Below, piece by piece: positions 19,112 to 28,801 of a stretch of DNA of 28,865 nucleotides (its first letter is position 1; the number at the start of each line of letters is the position of its first letter). A program made the position numbers and the translations under genes. This stretch comes from Sulfurimonadaceae bacterium (GTDB lineage Bacteria; Campylobacterota; Campylobacteria; Campylobacterales; Sulfurimonadaceae), in assembly GCA_041548245.1 (NCBI GenBank), contig JBFESZ010000016.1, forward strand, positions 1 to 28,865, written 5' to 3'. The notes below the pieces were generated by a model. It was not told where the DNA came from. It saw nothing but the letters and a program-made list of their open reading frames with translations, and did no database searches.

Positions 19112-19250
19112 TCATAAAACTTCTCAAACTTACAAAAATAATTAAAACCGATAGTGAATTTAACATATCTACAGCGAATCGATGTAAAATACTAGTACTA
19201 TTATTGTACTTTACAAGCCTTATAGGTGATAAACAGAGTCGGGAAAATAA

Positions 19251-19541
19251 ATGAAATTAATGAGTATTAAAGAGTATGCCATTGTCAACAAACTCAGTAT
19301 CTATAATGTTGTGAAGATGGTAAAGAACGGAACACTTCAGAGTGAAATTAAAAAGGTAGATGGAAAGGATGAGGTCTATGTTATACAAAATGAGATATCA
19401 TCAATATACAAAGGGACACCGGACACTTCTGAAGCAGAAACAATAGGGGATTATGAAAAAGCTTATTTCGAACTGAAGCTCAAGTATGATCAGTTGAAAA
19501 TAGAGCATGAAGCGTTGAAAAAGAGAGTAGAGACACTTTAG
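19251..19541 (+). CDS. Small protein with putative N-terminal MerR/excisionase-like HTH and C-terminal coiled coil
   Basis: LMSIKEYA...LS...VVKMVKNGTL pattern resembles Xis/MerR-type HTH. The tail YFELKLKYDQLKIEHEALKKRVETL has heptad leucines. Confidence 0.65.
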   Translation: MKLMSIKEYAIVNKLSIYNVVKMVKNGTLQSEIKKVDGKDEVYVIQNEISSIYKGTPDTSEAETIGDYEKAYFELKLKYDQLKIEHEALKKRVETL

Positions 19542-19544
19542 TCG

Positions 19545-21077
19545 GTGTATATACACAGGAGAGATAGAAAATTGACGATTAGACAGGTTATTGTACGCAT
19601 TGCCATTATTATTTTACTTATTGAGATGCTGATAATGCTTGGTTTAAGTGTAGTGACCTATGAAGTGCCAAAAGCTGTCGAGGTTTTATTGGATGCTTTT
19701 CTTCTTGTTCTTTTCTCTACACCCATTATCTACCAATGGGTGATCAAGCCTTTTGTGATTATGCGTAATAAAGCTATCGAAGAGATGCACTACATAGCAT
19801 CTAATGATACGTTGACAGGACTTCCTAACAGAGAGAAGTTCTTGACACTTTTAGAGCATACGATAATGATTGCAGCATCACAAGAAAAGACATTGGCCGT
19901 GCTTTTTTTGGATCTTAAACGGTTTAAAATACTCAATCAGACTTTTGGTCATACAGTAGCCAACCATGTGCTCAAGCAGGTAGCACAAAGGCTTAACATA
20001 CTTTTGACGTCGAAGAACTTTGTAGCGAGAATCGGTCCGGATCAATTTGCAGTATTGGTACAGAATATAACCTCCAATGATGAGATATATCTGCTTTCAA
20101 AGAAGATAGTGAACTCTTTTGAAGAGCCTATAAAATATGATGAGCATATTTTTACAATGGAAGCGTGTATCGGTATCAGCGAATATCCAAAGGATGCAGA
20201 AGACAGTGAAACCCTGCTTAAGTGTGCCAATAATGCTATGTTGCAGGCGAAGTCGCAAGAGCAAGAGTGTATTGGATTTTACGCTCCTGGAATGACGGAA
20301 ACGATTCAACAACACTTTGTTTTAGAAGAAGATATGCGGCAGGCACTTGTACAGAATGAATTTTTTCTTCTGTATCAACCCAAAGTCAATGCAAAGACAC
20401 AAGAGATCATCGGTGTTGAAGCTCTAATCCGATGGAAACATCCGGAAAAAGGGTTGATCAACCCTTCAGAGTTCATCCCTTTGGCGGAAGAGACAGGATT
20501 GATCATTCCTATAGGTCAATGGGTACTGCATGAAGCTCTTTCTCAGCTTAAGATATGGGCTAATGAGGGCAGACCGCCACTCGTGATGTCGATAAACCTT
20601 TCCGCCAGACAACTTAATCCTGAGCAAATTGAGAGCATTATCAAGATACTGCAAGCTTCTAAAGTACCTATGGAATATATAGAGTTTGAGATCACGGAAA
20701 CATACCTTATGAAAGATATAAAACGTTCTCAAGAGCTTCTGGAAAGACTACATGAGAGTGGGGTATCTATCTCGTTGGATGATTTTGGGACAGGTTACTC
20801 CTCGCTTGGCTATTTGAAACGATTTAAGATTGATACCCTAAAGATCGATCAGGTACTCATACGCGATATTGAGACAGATGAGAACGACTTTGCCATCGCA
20901 GAAGCAATAGTCGGGATCGGTCATGTATTAAACCTAAAAGTCATTGCCGAGGGTGTGGAGACACAAAAGCAGATGCAGATGCTTCAAGATGTTGGGTGTG
21001 ATTATTTTCAGGGCTATTATTTTTCTAAACCTGTCACTGCTGAGGATGTCTTTAGCGGAGAGAAATATAAATATTAA
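19545..21077 (+). CDS. Membrane-anchored GGDEF(degenerate)-EAL protein, probable c-di-GMP phosphodiesterase
   Basis: Two N-terminal TM helices. GGDEF is replaced by GPDQF and DLD by DLK. EAL motifs are intact (EALIRW, INLS, EITE, DDFGTGYSSL, KID, EGVET, QGY). The true start may be TTG 19572, which has SD AGGAG. Confidence 0.9.
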   Translation: MYIHRRDRKLTIRQVIVRIAIIILLIEMLIMLGLSVVTYEVPKAVEVLLDAFLLVLFSTPIIYQWVIKPFVIMRNKAIEEMHYIASNDTLTGLPNREKFLTLLEHTIMIAASQEKTLAVLFLDLKRFKILNQTFGHTVANHVLKQVAQRLNILLTSKNFVARIGPDQFAVLVQNITSNDEIYLLSKKIVNSFEEPIKYDEHIFTMEACIGISEYPKDAEDSETLLKCANNAMLQAKSQEQECIGFYAPGMTETIQQHFVLEEDMRQALVQNEFFLLYQPKVNAKTQEIIGVEALIRWKHPEKGLINPSEFIPLAEETGLIIPIGQWVLHEALSQLKIWANEGRPPLVMSINLSARQLNPEQIESIIKILQASKVPMEYIEFEITETYLMKDIKRSQELLERLHESGVSISLDDFGTGYSSLGYLKRFKIDTLKIDQVLIRDIETDENDFAIAEAIVGIGHVLNLKVIAEGVETQKQMQMLQDVGCDYFQGYYFSKPVTAEDVFSGEKYKY

Positions 21078-21196
21078 AAGAACCAATCAAAACGGCTAAA
21101 AAAAATACTTCATACACTATAAAGTAAAATTTAGATAGAATCACGAAATTTTTAGAATATACTTTCTTAACAGATACACAAGAGACAGGATGACGT

Positions 21197-23005
21197 ATGG
21201 ACGCTATTGCGATCAAACATAATGACGAAATCATAGATTTACAAACAGCCCAAGCTCAAGGAATAGAGGGAGAGCCGATAGAGTTAGACAACTCTCTTGA
21301 AGCACTTGAAGTGCTCCGCCACTCAACAGCTCACCTTATGGCTCAGGCGATCAAGTCACTTTACCCCGAAGCAAAGTTCTATGTAGGGCCGGTGGTCAAA
21401 GAGGGCTTTTACTATGACTTCAAGGTTGACTCTGAGATCGGAGAAGGCGATCTTAAGCGCATTGAGAAGCAGATGCTCTCATTGGCAAAGAAAAAACATG
21501 ATATTGAAAAGTATGAGATTTCTATGGACGAGGCCAAGGCAAAGTTTGCAGGGGACCATCTGAAGCTTGCAGTCATGGAGCGTATTCCTTCAGAAACGGT
21601 CTCCATATACAAGCAGGGAGACTTTGAGGATCTGTGCCGTGGACCGCATGTCCCTTCAACTAAGCATATTCGTTTCTTTAAACTGACAAAAATCGCAGGT
21701 GCCTATTTAGGCGGGGATTCGAAAAATGAGATGCTGACACGTATTTACGGGATCGCATTTGCTGACAAAGAGGCCTTAAAAGCCCACTTGGACATGTTGG
21801 CCGAGGCGGAGAAGCGTGATCACCGTAAAATCGGTAATGAAATGAAGCTTTTCACATTCCGTGAAGAGGTCGGCGGGGGACTTCCTATCTGGCTTCCAGC
21901 GGGTGCACGTATGCGCTCACGTTTAGAGAGCCTTCTATTCAAAGCGCACCGCAAACGCGGTTATGAGCCTGTACGTGGACCGGAGATACTGCGATCATCC
22001 CTTTGGAAGACTTCTGGTCATTATCAGAATTATGGCGAAAATATGTACTTTACGGTCATCGATGAGCAGGAATACGGTGTCAAACCGATGAACTGTGTCG
22101 GTCATATCAAGGTTTATGAAGACGACCTGCATTCTTACCGCGACCTTCCCTTGAAGTATTTTGAGTATGGTGTGGTACATCGTCATGAGTTAAGCGGTGC
22201 TCTTCATGGTCTTTTCCGTGTCCGTGAGTTCACTCAGGATGATGCACATATCTTCTGTACGACCGATCAGATAGAGGGCCAGATTATCGAGATAGTGGAT
22301 TTTATCGATAAGATCATGCAGACCTTTGAGTTTGACTATAAGATGATGATCTCAACTAAACCGGAAAAAGCAGTCGGAAGTGATGAGGTTTGGGAAGTCT
22401 CGACTAATGCACTTAAAGCCGCAATGGACAGAAATGACCTCTCCTATGAGATCGATGAGGGTGGCGGGGCATTTTACGGTCCTAAGATCGATATCAAAAT
22501 TACGGATGCTATTGGACGTGAATGGCAGTGTGGAACGGTGCAGTTAGACTTCAATCTACCTGAACGCTTTGAGTTAGAGTATACAGGCGAGGAAAATAAT
22601 AAAGTTCAACCTGTTATGATACACCGTGCAATTTTAGGTTCGTTTGAGCGTTTTATTGGTATATTGACGGAACATTACGCGGGAGAATTCCCAATGTTTA
22701 TCGCTCCGACACAGGTCGCAATCGTTCCTATTGCAGAAACGCATAACGCCTATGCAAGAGAAATAGCAGAGCAATTGATTGACCTGGGTGCGGACTTTGA
22801 GATCTTTGACAAGAACGAAAGTCTTAACAAGCGTATTCGTACTGCTGAAAAAGGACGTGTCCCGATGATCATTGTCTTAGGTGATGAAGAGGTCGCCAAT
22901 AAAACAGTGGCAATTCGAGACAGAAGAACAAGAGAACAGTCAGACTCAACTCTGGCAGACTTTTTAACTATGATACAAACCAAAATTAATGAGGTACATT
23001 TTTGA
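21197..23005 (+). CDS. thrS: Threonine--tRNA ligase
   Basis: Editing motifs RHSTAHLMA and DLCRGPH; catalytic motifs [32 protein letters not shown] and [12 protein letters not shown]. Confidence 0.98.
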   Translation: MDAIAIKHNDEIIDLQTAQAQGIEGEPIELDNSLEALEVLRHSTAHLMAQAIKSLYPEAKFYVGPVVKEGFYYDFKVDSEIGEGDLKRIEKQMLSLAKKKHDIEKYEISMDEAKAKFAGDHLKLAVMERIPSETVSIYKQGDFEDLCRGPHVPSTKHIRFFKLTKIAGAYLGGDSKNEMLTRIYGIAFADKEALKAHLDMLAEAEKRDHRKIGNEMKLFTFREEVGGGLPIWLPAGARMRSRLESLLFKAHRKRGYEPVRGPEILRSSLWKTSGHYQNYGENMYFTVIDEQEYGVKPMNCVGHIKVYEDDLHSYRDLPLKYFEYGVVHRHELSGALHGLFRVREFTQDDAHIFCTTDQIEGQIIEIVDFIDKIMQTFEFDYKMMISTKPEKAVGSDEVWEVSTNALKAAMDRNDLSYEIDEGGGAFYGPKIDIKITDAIGREWQCGTVQLDFNLPERFELEYTGEENNKVQPVMIHRAILGSFERFIGILTEHYAGEFPMFIAPTQVAIVPIAETHNAYAREIAEQLIDLGADFEIFDKNESLNKRIRTAEKGRVPMIIVLGDEEVANKTVAIRDRRTREQSDSTLADFLTMIQTKINEVHF

Positions 23006-23532
23006 GCAAAAAACACCAAACCATAATGAACGACGATATTCGCGTTCCAGAAGTACGCTGCGTCGTTGACGGCGGAGAAGCATTAGGCATCGTTTCAACA
23101 GATGTTGCAATGGATAAAGCAAATGAGTTGGGACTGGACCTGGTACTGATTTCTCCGGATGCAAAACCACCTGTTGCAAAGATTATGGATTATGGTAAGT
23201 TCAAATACCAAGAAGAAAAGAAGAAAAAAGAGCAGCGCAAAAACCAGGTCAAGATCGAAGTCAAAGAGATCAAACTTTCGGTAAAGATCGCGGATAATGA
23301 CATCTCCTATAAAGTAAAGCATGCCCGTGAGTTTTTAGAAGCAGGTAAACATGTAAAATTTCGTGTGTTTCTTCGTGGCCGTGAGATGGCTCACCCTAAA
23401 GCAGCAGAAGATGTGCTGCTTAAAGTATGGCCTATGGTCGAAGACCTTGGCACCATGGATAAACAACCACGTTTAGAAGGTCGTTATTATAATATGCTTG
23501 TCCTTCCTAAGAAAGAAGACAAGAAAAAATAG
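23002..23532 (+). CDS. infC: Translation initiation factor IF-3
   Basis: Motifs [34 protein letters not shown] and KEIKL...FLRGRE. The TTG start overlaps the thrS TGA (TTGA). Confidence 0.97.
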   Translation: MSKKHQTIMNDDIRVPEVRCVVDGGEALGIVSTDVAMDKANELGLDLVLISPDAKPPVAKIMDYGKFKYQEEKKKKEQRKNQVKIEVKEIKLSVKIADNDISYKVKHAREFLEAGKHVKFRVFLRGREMAHPKAAEDVLLKVWPMVEDLGTMDKQPRLEGRYYNMLVLPKKEDKKK

Positions 23533-23539
23533 TTATTAC

Positions 23540-23557
23540 AGAGGGCTTTTGCTCTCT
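23540..23557 (+). terminator. Probable terminator after infC
   Basis: AGAGGGC-TTTT-GCTCTCT stem-loop followed by a pyrimidine-rich tract. Confidence 0.55.
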
Positions 23558-23657
23558 TGCTCTCCTTTTAATCCCTCTCTCTTAATATCGATTTAGTACC
23601 TGATAAAGCATTGTTTTAGTATACTGTTTGTAGATACCCTATATTTTAGAGGTAAAT

Positions 23658-24386
23658 ATGAAAAGACTCTTCCTTGCATGCCTTGTCGTAGGTACCTTTA
23701 TCCATGCTAATGAGGCGCATGATATTATTCAAAAGCTGGACAACAATATCCGCGGAAAAAATATCTACATGAAAATCAGTATGAAGGTCGTCTCATCCAA
23801 TCATGAACGTAATATGAAATTGGAAAACTGGTCACATGGGAACAAGAAAAGCTTTGTAAAGGTTTTATACCCTCCTAAAGACAAAGGAATAACTTTTTTG
23901 AGTCTTGACAATCAGATGTGGCAGTATGTTCCAAAGATAGAGAGGATCATTAAAATCCCACCGTCGATGATGTTGCAAAACTGGATGGGAAGTGATATCA
24001 CGAATGATGATGTCGTCAAGCAGAGCTCGATCGTTGAAGACTACGATGCAAGAATAATCAAACGTGAAGGCACTATCATCACTTTGGAACTTATACCAAA
24101 AGAGGATGCTCCCGTTGTATGGGGAAAAGTAATCATTAAGGTGGATATACTGACATACACCTCCCAAAAAGATATTTTTTATGACGAAGAGGGCAAAGAA
24201 GTCAGGTTTTTTGTTTATGAGAACGTCAAAAAGTATGGGAAGTATTACCTTCCAACCTATTGGAGAGTCCAGCCAAGTGATAGGAATGACAGGTATACAG
24301 AAATTATATTGGACGAAGTCGTTTATGATGAAGAGATATCTGAACAGTATTTTCAAAAAAGTGCCCTGAAAAGATTTTCAAGATGA
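23658..24386 (+). CDS. Periplasmic LolA-like 'outer membrane lipoprotein-sorting' family protein
   Basis: Signal peptide MKRLFLACLVVGTFIHA. Family-like motifs P.KDKG.TFL, MWQYVP...R.IKI and WMGSD.T.DD; beta-rich; ends YF...L. Confidence 0.8.
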   Translation: MKRLFLACLVVGTFIHANEAHDIIQKLDNNIRGKNIYMKISMKVVSSNHERNMKLENWSHGNKKSFVKVLYPPKDKGITFLSLDNQMWQYVPKIERIIKIPPSMMLQNWMGSDITNDDVVKQSSIVEDYDARIIKREGTIITLELIPKEDAPVVWGKVIIKVDILTYTSQKDIFYDEEGKEVRFFVYENVKKYGKYYLPTYWRVQPSDRNDRYTEIILDEVVYDEEISEQYFQKSALKRFSR

Positions 24387-24395
24387 GAAGAGAAG

Positions 24396-25616
24396 ATGTT
24401 TGACTTTGCTCTGAAAAACATTCTTTTTTACAAGGGTCGCTCTATTACGACCTTTATTTTGACCTTTCTATCCACTATGCTGTTTGTTGTTTTTATCTCC
24501 TGGCAGGACGGTTCTCACAACTCTATGCTTGAGAATGCCTTGAAGGTCTACACGGGGGCAATTGAGATATATCACAAGGATTACCGTGATATAGGTGGTA
24601 ATGAATATCTTATACGTGATGTAGAAAAGATCACAAAGAAACTCCCAGAGATTAAGGGGATAGAAGCATTTACATCGAGATATGAGACGTATGGATTGCT
24701 TTCGAGTCAAGAGTTTTCAGCGGCATCAATGATAGCCGGGATAGAGCCCGCAAAAGAGAAGATTATCAGTTCTATCGCTACCGCATTAAGAGAAGGGGAG
24801 TTTTTAACTGAGAACTCAGGAAATTGCCTTTATATGGGATCAGAGCTGGCTAAAAAGCTACGGTTGAAGATTACAGACGAGGTCAGTTTTGTCGGCAGTG
24901 CGAGCGATGACTCTTTTGCGGCAGATATTTTCAGATTATGCGGTACATTTAAAACGGGATCGTTCGAGTTTGATTCAAGTGCCTCGTTTGTCAGCAGGTC
25001 ATATTTCGATCAGTTGATGTATTCACAAAATATGGCTTCGTATATAACAATCAAGGTACACGATCTTTCGGATGTTGAGAATGTGAACCATGCAATACTT
25101 GAAATCCTGGAGGATGATCCTCTGGAGTCATTGACCTGGAAAAGTTTGATGAAGAGCATGGTAGAAGCGATGGAAGTTGACAATATTTTCGGCTACATTT
25201 CACTCTCTTTGTTTTTGATTGTAATCTTCTTTGTGATCATGATTTATGGCTTCATTAATGTGGGCTCGCGTATTAAGGAATTCGGTGTGCTGCGCTGTAT
25301 TGGTGTAAGCAGAGAAAATATATTCAAACTTCTTTTTTATGAGATACTAATACTCTCCAGTGCCGCCATCTTACTTGCTGCGCCAATTAGCGGATATATT
25401 ACTTACTACTATAGTTTGCATCCTGTCGTCATTGAGGGGATAGCTGAAACGTATAAGGAATACGGCATTATTTCGGATGAGATACCCTTTGAATTTAATC
25501 TCTTGACTCTGGGCTGGAATCTTGCGGTGATTTATCTCTTGAATTTTTTGAGTCTGATCTATCCCTATATGTATATCAACTCATTCCGACCGATAGAGGC
25601 GACCCGACATGTATAG
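24396..25616 (+). CDS. ABC transporter permease, FtsX/MacB/LolC-E family
   Basis: A.KN....GRS..T N-terminal helix, TM1, large periplasmic domain (G.ELAKKL.L...D), R.KEFGVLRCIG, three C-terminal TMs and PIEA.R. Confidence 0.9.
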   Translation: MFDFALKNILFYKGRSITTFILTFLSTMLFVVFISWQDGSHNSMLENALKVYTGAIEIYHKDYRDIGGNEYLIRDVEKITKKLPEIKGIEAFTSRYETYGLLSSQEFSAASMIAGIEPAKEKIISSIATALREGEFLTENSGNCLYMGSELAKKLRLKITDEVSFVGSASDDSFAADIFRLCGTFKTGSFEFDSSASFVSRSYFDQLMYSQNMASYITIKVHDLSDVENVNHAILEILEDDPLESLTWKSLMKSMVEAMEVDNIFGYISLSLFLIVIFFVIMIYGFINVGSRIKEFGVLRCIGVSRENIFKLLFYEILILSSAAILLAAPISGYITYYYSLHPVVIEGIAETYKEYGIISDEIPFEFNLLTLGWNLAVIYLLNFLSLIYPYMYINSFRPIEATRHV

Positions 25617-26820
25617 ATTGATTGTTAAGATGGCATGGAAAAACTCATTTTTAAGACCTGCTCGTACATTGCTTGTCATCATGATGATCGCGGTAAGTAT
25701 GAGTATGATGCTCAGTATTCAAGGTCTTTATGACGGTATGGTCAAGAACATGGTTGAGAAGAACAAGCGAAGTGACAGTGGTGATCTTAGTCTTTATAAA
25801 AAGGGATATAGACTTGAACAGGACATTAAATACAGGATTGACAATGCCGAGACGATAAAAAGTGATATAGAGGGTATGTCAGGCGTCAAAGCTGTTGTCT
25901 TGAGAGTGACAGCAGAGGGACTTGTTTCAACTGCAAGAAAATCATCATTCGCTTCTCTTTACGGGATCGATATGGAAGAAGAGGAGGCTTTTGGGCAGTT
26001 TAGTGATTTTATAAAAGAGGGTGAACTCACTCTTGAAAAACGTGATGCTGTTATTGGTCTAGAGCTTGCAAAGACTCTTAAAGTTTATATCGGTTCTAAG
26101 CTGATATTTTCTACCCAGAACAGTTCAGGTGAGATCAACTCAATAGCACTGAAGGTCAAAGCGATAGTTCAGACCACAAATATCCGGCTTGATAAAAGTG
26201 CCATATTCATCAATAGGGAAAGAGTATACCCTTTTTTGGGGATAAAGGCAGATGAAGCGACCCAAATAGCTATTATGAGCGAAGAGCAAAAATTATATAA
26301 TCAACTGGTAAGTAAATATACGGATTTGGATGTGAAAAGCTTTTTAGAATTACAGCCGATGATCAAACAGATGCAGGATATGATGGTTATATTCAATTCT
26401 ATTACTTTTTTTATCGTCATGAGTGTAGTGTTTGTAGGTATCTTTGGTGTTATGTATGTCTCTATTTTAGATCGTATTCGTGAATTTGGCATTGTGTTGG
26501 GCATAGGTATGGCTTATGCGTATATAAGATTTCAGATATTTTTTGAAGCGATCTTGGTCGGCCTGCTTGGTTATCTTGGAGGTGCTCTTCTTGGTACAAT
26601 ATTGCTGATATATTTAAGAGATTATGGACTGGATCTGAGTGCATTTTCTGATGCTTTGGAGATGTGGGGATATGAAGCGACTATAATGGGCACAATAAAA
26701 ATCTCCTACTTTACGAATACCTTTTTGGCAATTATGATGGCGTCATTGCTGAGTGTACTCATTCCATTGAAGAAAATCAAAACACTCAATCCAATTGAAG
26801 TGATTAAGGCAGAAAAGTGA
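25609..26820 (+). CDS. ABC transporter permease, FtsX/MacB/LolC-E family (second subunit)
   Basis: Motifs MAWKN....ART, IGLELAKTL, RIREFGIV.GIG and NPIEVIK. Overlaps the previous gene by 8 nt. Confidence 0.9.
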   Translation: MYRLIVKMAWKNSFLRPARTLLVIMMIAVSMSMMLSIQGLYDGMVKNMVEKNKRSDSGDLSLYKKGYRLEQDIKYRIDNAETIKSDIEGMSGVKAVVLRVTAEGLVSTARKSSFASLYGIDMEEEEAFGQFSDFIKEGELTLEKRDAVIGLELAKTLKVYIGSKLIFSTQNSSGEINSIALKVKAIVQTTNIRLDKSAIFINRERVYPFLGIKADEATQIAIMSEEQKLYNQLVSKYTDLDVKSFLELQPMIKQMQDMMVIFNSITFFIVMSVVFVGIFGVMYVSILDRIREFGIVLGIGMAYAYIRFQIFFEAILVGLLGYLGGALLGTILLIYLRDYGLDLSAFSDALEMWGYEATIMGTIKISYFTNTFLAIMMASLLSVLIPLKKIKTLNPIEVIKAEK

Positions 26821-27488
26821 TACAACTTAAAAGTGTGAACAAGTATTTTTACAGAGGTGAGGCAAGAGAAGTGCATGCACTTCGTGATATTAATCTTCGC
26901 ATAGACGATGGGGAGTTTTCATTGTTGAGTGGGCCATCAGGATGTGGAAAGACTACGCTATTGAATGCGATAGGTGCACTTGACAGTATCGATAGCGGTG
27001 AAATATATCTGGATGAGAGAGAGATCGGTTCTTTGGATGAGGAGGAAAGGACAAAGCTTAGACTTAATGATATGGGTTTTGTCTTCCAGGCCTATAACCT
27101 TGTCCCTGTTTTGAATGTAGAAGAAAATATAGGTTTTGTCATGAGATTACGCGGCTTCAGTGATCAAGAGATTAAAAGCAGGGTGTTGGAGGTAGCAGCG
27201 ATGTTGGAGATAGACAATAAGTTGAGATCACTGCCAAACGCACTTAGCGGAGGGCAACAACAACGTGTCGCCGTAGCACGTGCAGTGGCCGCCAAGCCAA
27301 AGATAATCTTAGCTGATGAGCCGACGGCGAATCTTGATTCGCAAAACTCGAAAACATTGATGAACATGATGAAAGAGCTTAATGAAAAAGAGGGAGTAAG
27401 TATCTTGTTCGCATCTCATGATGATTATGTGCTTGAGAGCGTCAGACGTGTCATCAAACTTAATGACGGAATGATTGTCGATGCTTAA
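26817..27488 (+). CDS. ABC transporter ATP-binding protein, LolD/MacB-like
   Basis: Walker A GPSGCGKTT, GFVFQAYNL, LSGGQQQRVAVARA, ILADEPTANLD and an H-loop. The GTG start overlaps the previous stop (GTGA). Confidence 0.95.
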   Translation: MIQLKSVNKYFYRGEAREVHALRDINLRIDDGEFSLLSGPSGCGKTTLLNAIGALDSIDSGEIYLDEREIGSLDEEERTKLRLNDMGFVFQAYNLVPVLNVEENIGFVMRLRGFSDQEIKSRVLEVAAMLEIDNKLRSLPNALSGGQQQRVAVARAVAAKPKIILADEPTANLDSQNSKTLMNMMKELNEKEGVSILFASHDDYVLESVRRVIKLNDGMIVDA

Positions 27489-28635
27489 GAAGCTTGTGAT
27501 CTTGGTATTCTTGTTCGTATACACAGCCTATGCTGAATTTGATTATAGTATTGAGAATACAAACTTTACAATCTCTCAAGATAGGTTGCGCCCAGATGAA
27601 AAGAAAGAGTCTTTTTATAATTATGACAGGCTACGTTTCCGAAGTGATTATGTACAAGAGAGTTATTTTACAACGATTATAGCGGATATGGTTAATTATC
27701 TAGGCTATGGGTATATCAACTCTGTATCACATACTATAGCAAAAGCTCAGAAGGCAGACACCCCTTTTGAAACGCAGAGCTCTTATCGTAACTATGGCGA
27801 GGGAGAGGCCTATGTCAAACTTTATAGGTTATATGGTGGATTCGAAGATGGATCAAATAGAGTTGTCCTAGGCCTGCAGAATATTACCATGGGTGTGGGA
27901 AGGATTTGGACGCCAAGTAATCTTTTTAATCCGAAAAATACTTATGCTTTTGAGCCTGATGAGGTTTTTGGCGTAGCTGCACTGACGTACACCATACATT
28001 TAAATGAGACATCAAACTTCACTGCCGTAGTTTCACAAAAGAGAGATAAGAGTTACAAATATGCATTACGGTACAAAAGTTTTTTAGAGTATGCAGATGT
28101 CGCTTTAAGTACAATCAGTTCTGATGATACCTCAATGCTGGCATATGAACTGGAGGGCAATTTGGCCGATACAGGGATAGAACTCAGGTCGGAAGGCACC
28201 TATATTAAGAGCAGTTTGAAGAGTCCGATGCTTCAGAATGAAGAGAAAGAGTTTTTTCAGGGGATTGTCGGAGCGGATTATGGGTTTGAAAACGGGTTGA
28301 CACTGGTTGCCGAGGCACTCTATAGCTCAGAGTCATTTGATTATGATCAGATATTATTGAACCTGCAGTCGGATGTTTTTTCTGATCTTCGCTACTCAAA
28401 GTTTTATCTGGGAACCACACTCTCTTACAGTCTGAATATCTTTTTAGATGCCTCACTTGTCTATATAGAGAGTTTTAATGAACATAACTCACGTTTCATA
28501 TCTCCTTCGCTCAGATATACACTGAATGATTTTAATACTTTTTCTTTGGGGGCTATGCTTAAAGATGGCCCTGGCGGGAGTGAGTTCGGAGATTTTGGTA
28601 ATAGTTACTATTTCAAGTACGTCTTCACCTTTTAA
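27481..28635 (+). CDS. Predicted outer-membrane beta-barrel protein
   Basis: Signal peptide MLKKLVILVFLFVYTAYA. Amphipathic Tyr/Phe-rich strands, a GLQ.I..G.GRIW.P...FNP segment and a C-terminal beta-signal YFKYVFTF. ATG 27481 is preferred over TTG 27475. Confidence 0.75.
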   Translation: MLKKLVILVFLFVYTAYAEFDYSIENTNFTISQDRLRPDEKKESFYNYDRLRFRSDYVQESYFTTIIADMVNYLGYGYINSVSHTIAKAQKADTPFETQSSYRNYGEGEAYVKLYRLYGGFEDGSNRVVLGLQNITMGVGRIWTPSNLFNPKNTYAFEPDEVFGVAALTYTIHLNETSNFTAVVSQKRDKSYKYALRYKSFLEYADVALSTISSDDTSMLAYELEGNLADTGIELRSEGTYIKSSLKSPMLQNEEKEFFQGIVGADYGFENGLTLVAEALYSSESFDYDQILLNLQSDVFSDLRYSKFYLGTTLSYSLNIFLDASLVYIESFNEHNSRFISPSLRYTLNDFNTFSLGAMLKDGPGGSEFGDFGNSYYFKYVFTF

Positions 28636-28670
28636 CACTTTGCAGGAGGCTTTTAATTTCAGATAAATTC

Positions 28671-28679
28671 TGATATAAT
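28671..28679 (+). promoter_or_regulatory. Extended -10 promoter for rpmI
   Basis: TGATATAAT matches TGnTATAAT, preceded by phased T-tracts. Confidence 0.7.
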
Positions 28680-28708
28680 TTCAAACTCATTTTACACTTC
28701 GGTGTAGA

Positions 28709-28801
28709 GTAACGATTTTCCGTTAAAGCTAACCTTACGGAAAATGGGAGCACCTTCGGTGCATTGGCTTTCCGCCAAGGAAAACCAAGTGTTAGCGTAG
28801 A
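28709..28801. other. 93-bp highly structured element in the rpmI leader (candidate palindromic repeat/MITE or structured RNA)
   Basis: Three hairpins plus a pseudoknot pairing GCTAAC/GTTAGC. Bounded by GTAGA direct repeats (28704-28708 and 28797-28801). Confidence 0.55.

Noticed and set aside
19051-19254. 67-aa ORF
   Set aside because: It starts inside tRNA-Val, has no SD and runs through AT-rich promoter DNA.
19112-21196. Integrative element at tRNA-Val
   Set aside because: I found no integrase and no duplicated tRNA 3' end downstream.
21078-21196. T-box or E. coli-type thrS operator
   Set aside because: The leader is short and AT-rich, with no T-box motif and no anticodon-mimic hairpins visible.
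22991-23005. Non-AUG start of infC
   Set aside because: Non-canonical infC starts are well known (autoregulation). TTG overlapping the thrS stop is unremarkable.
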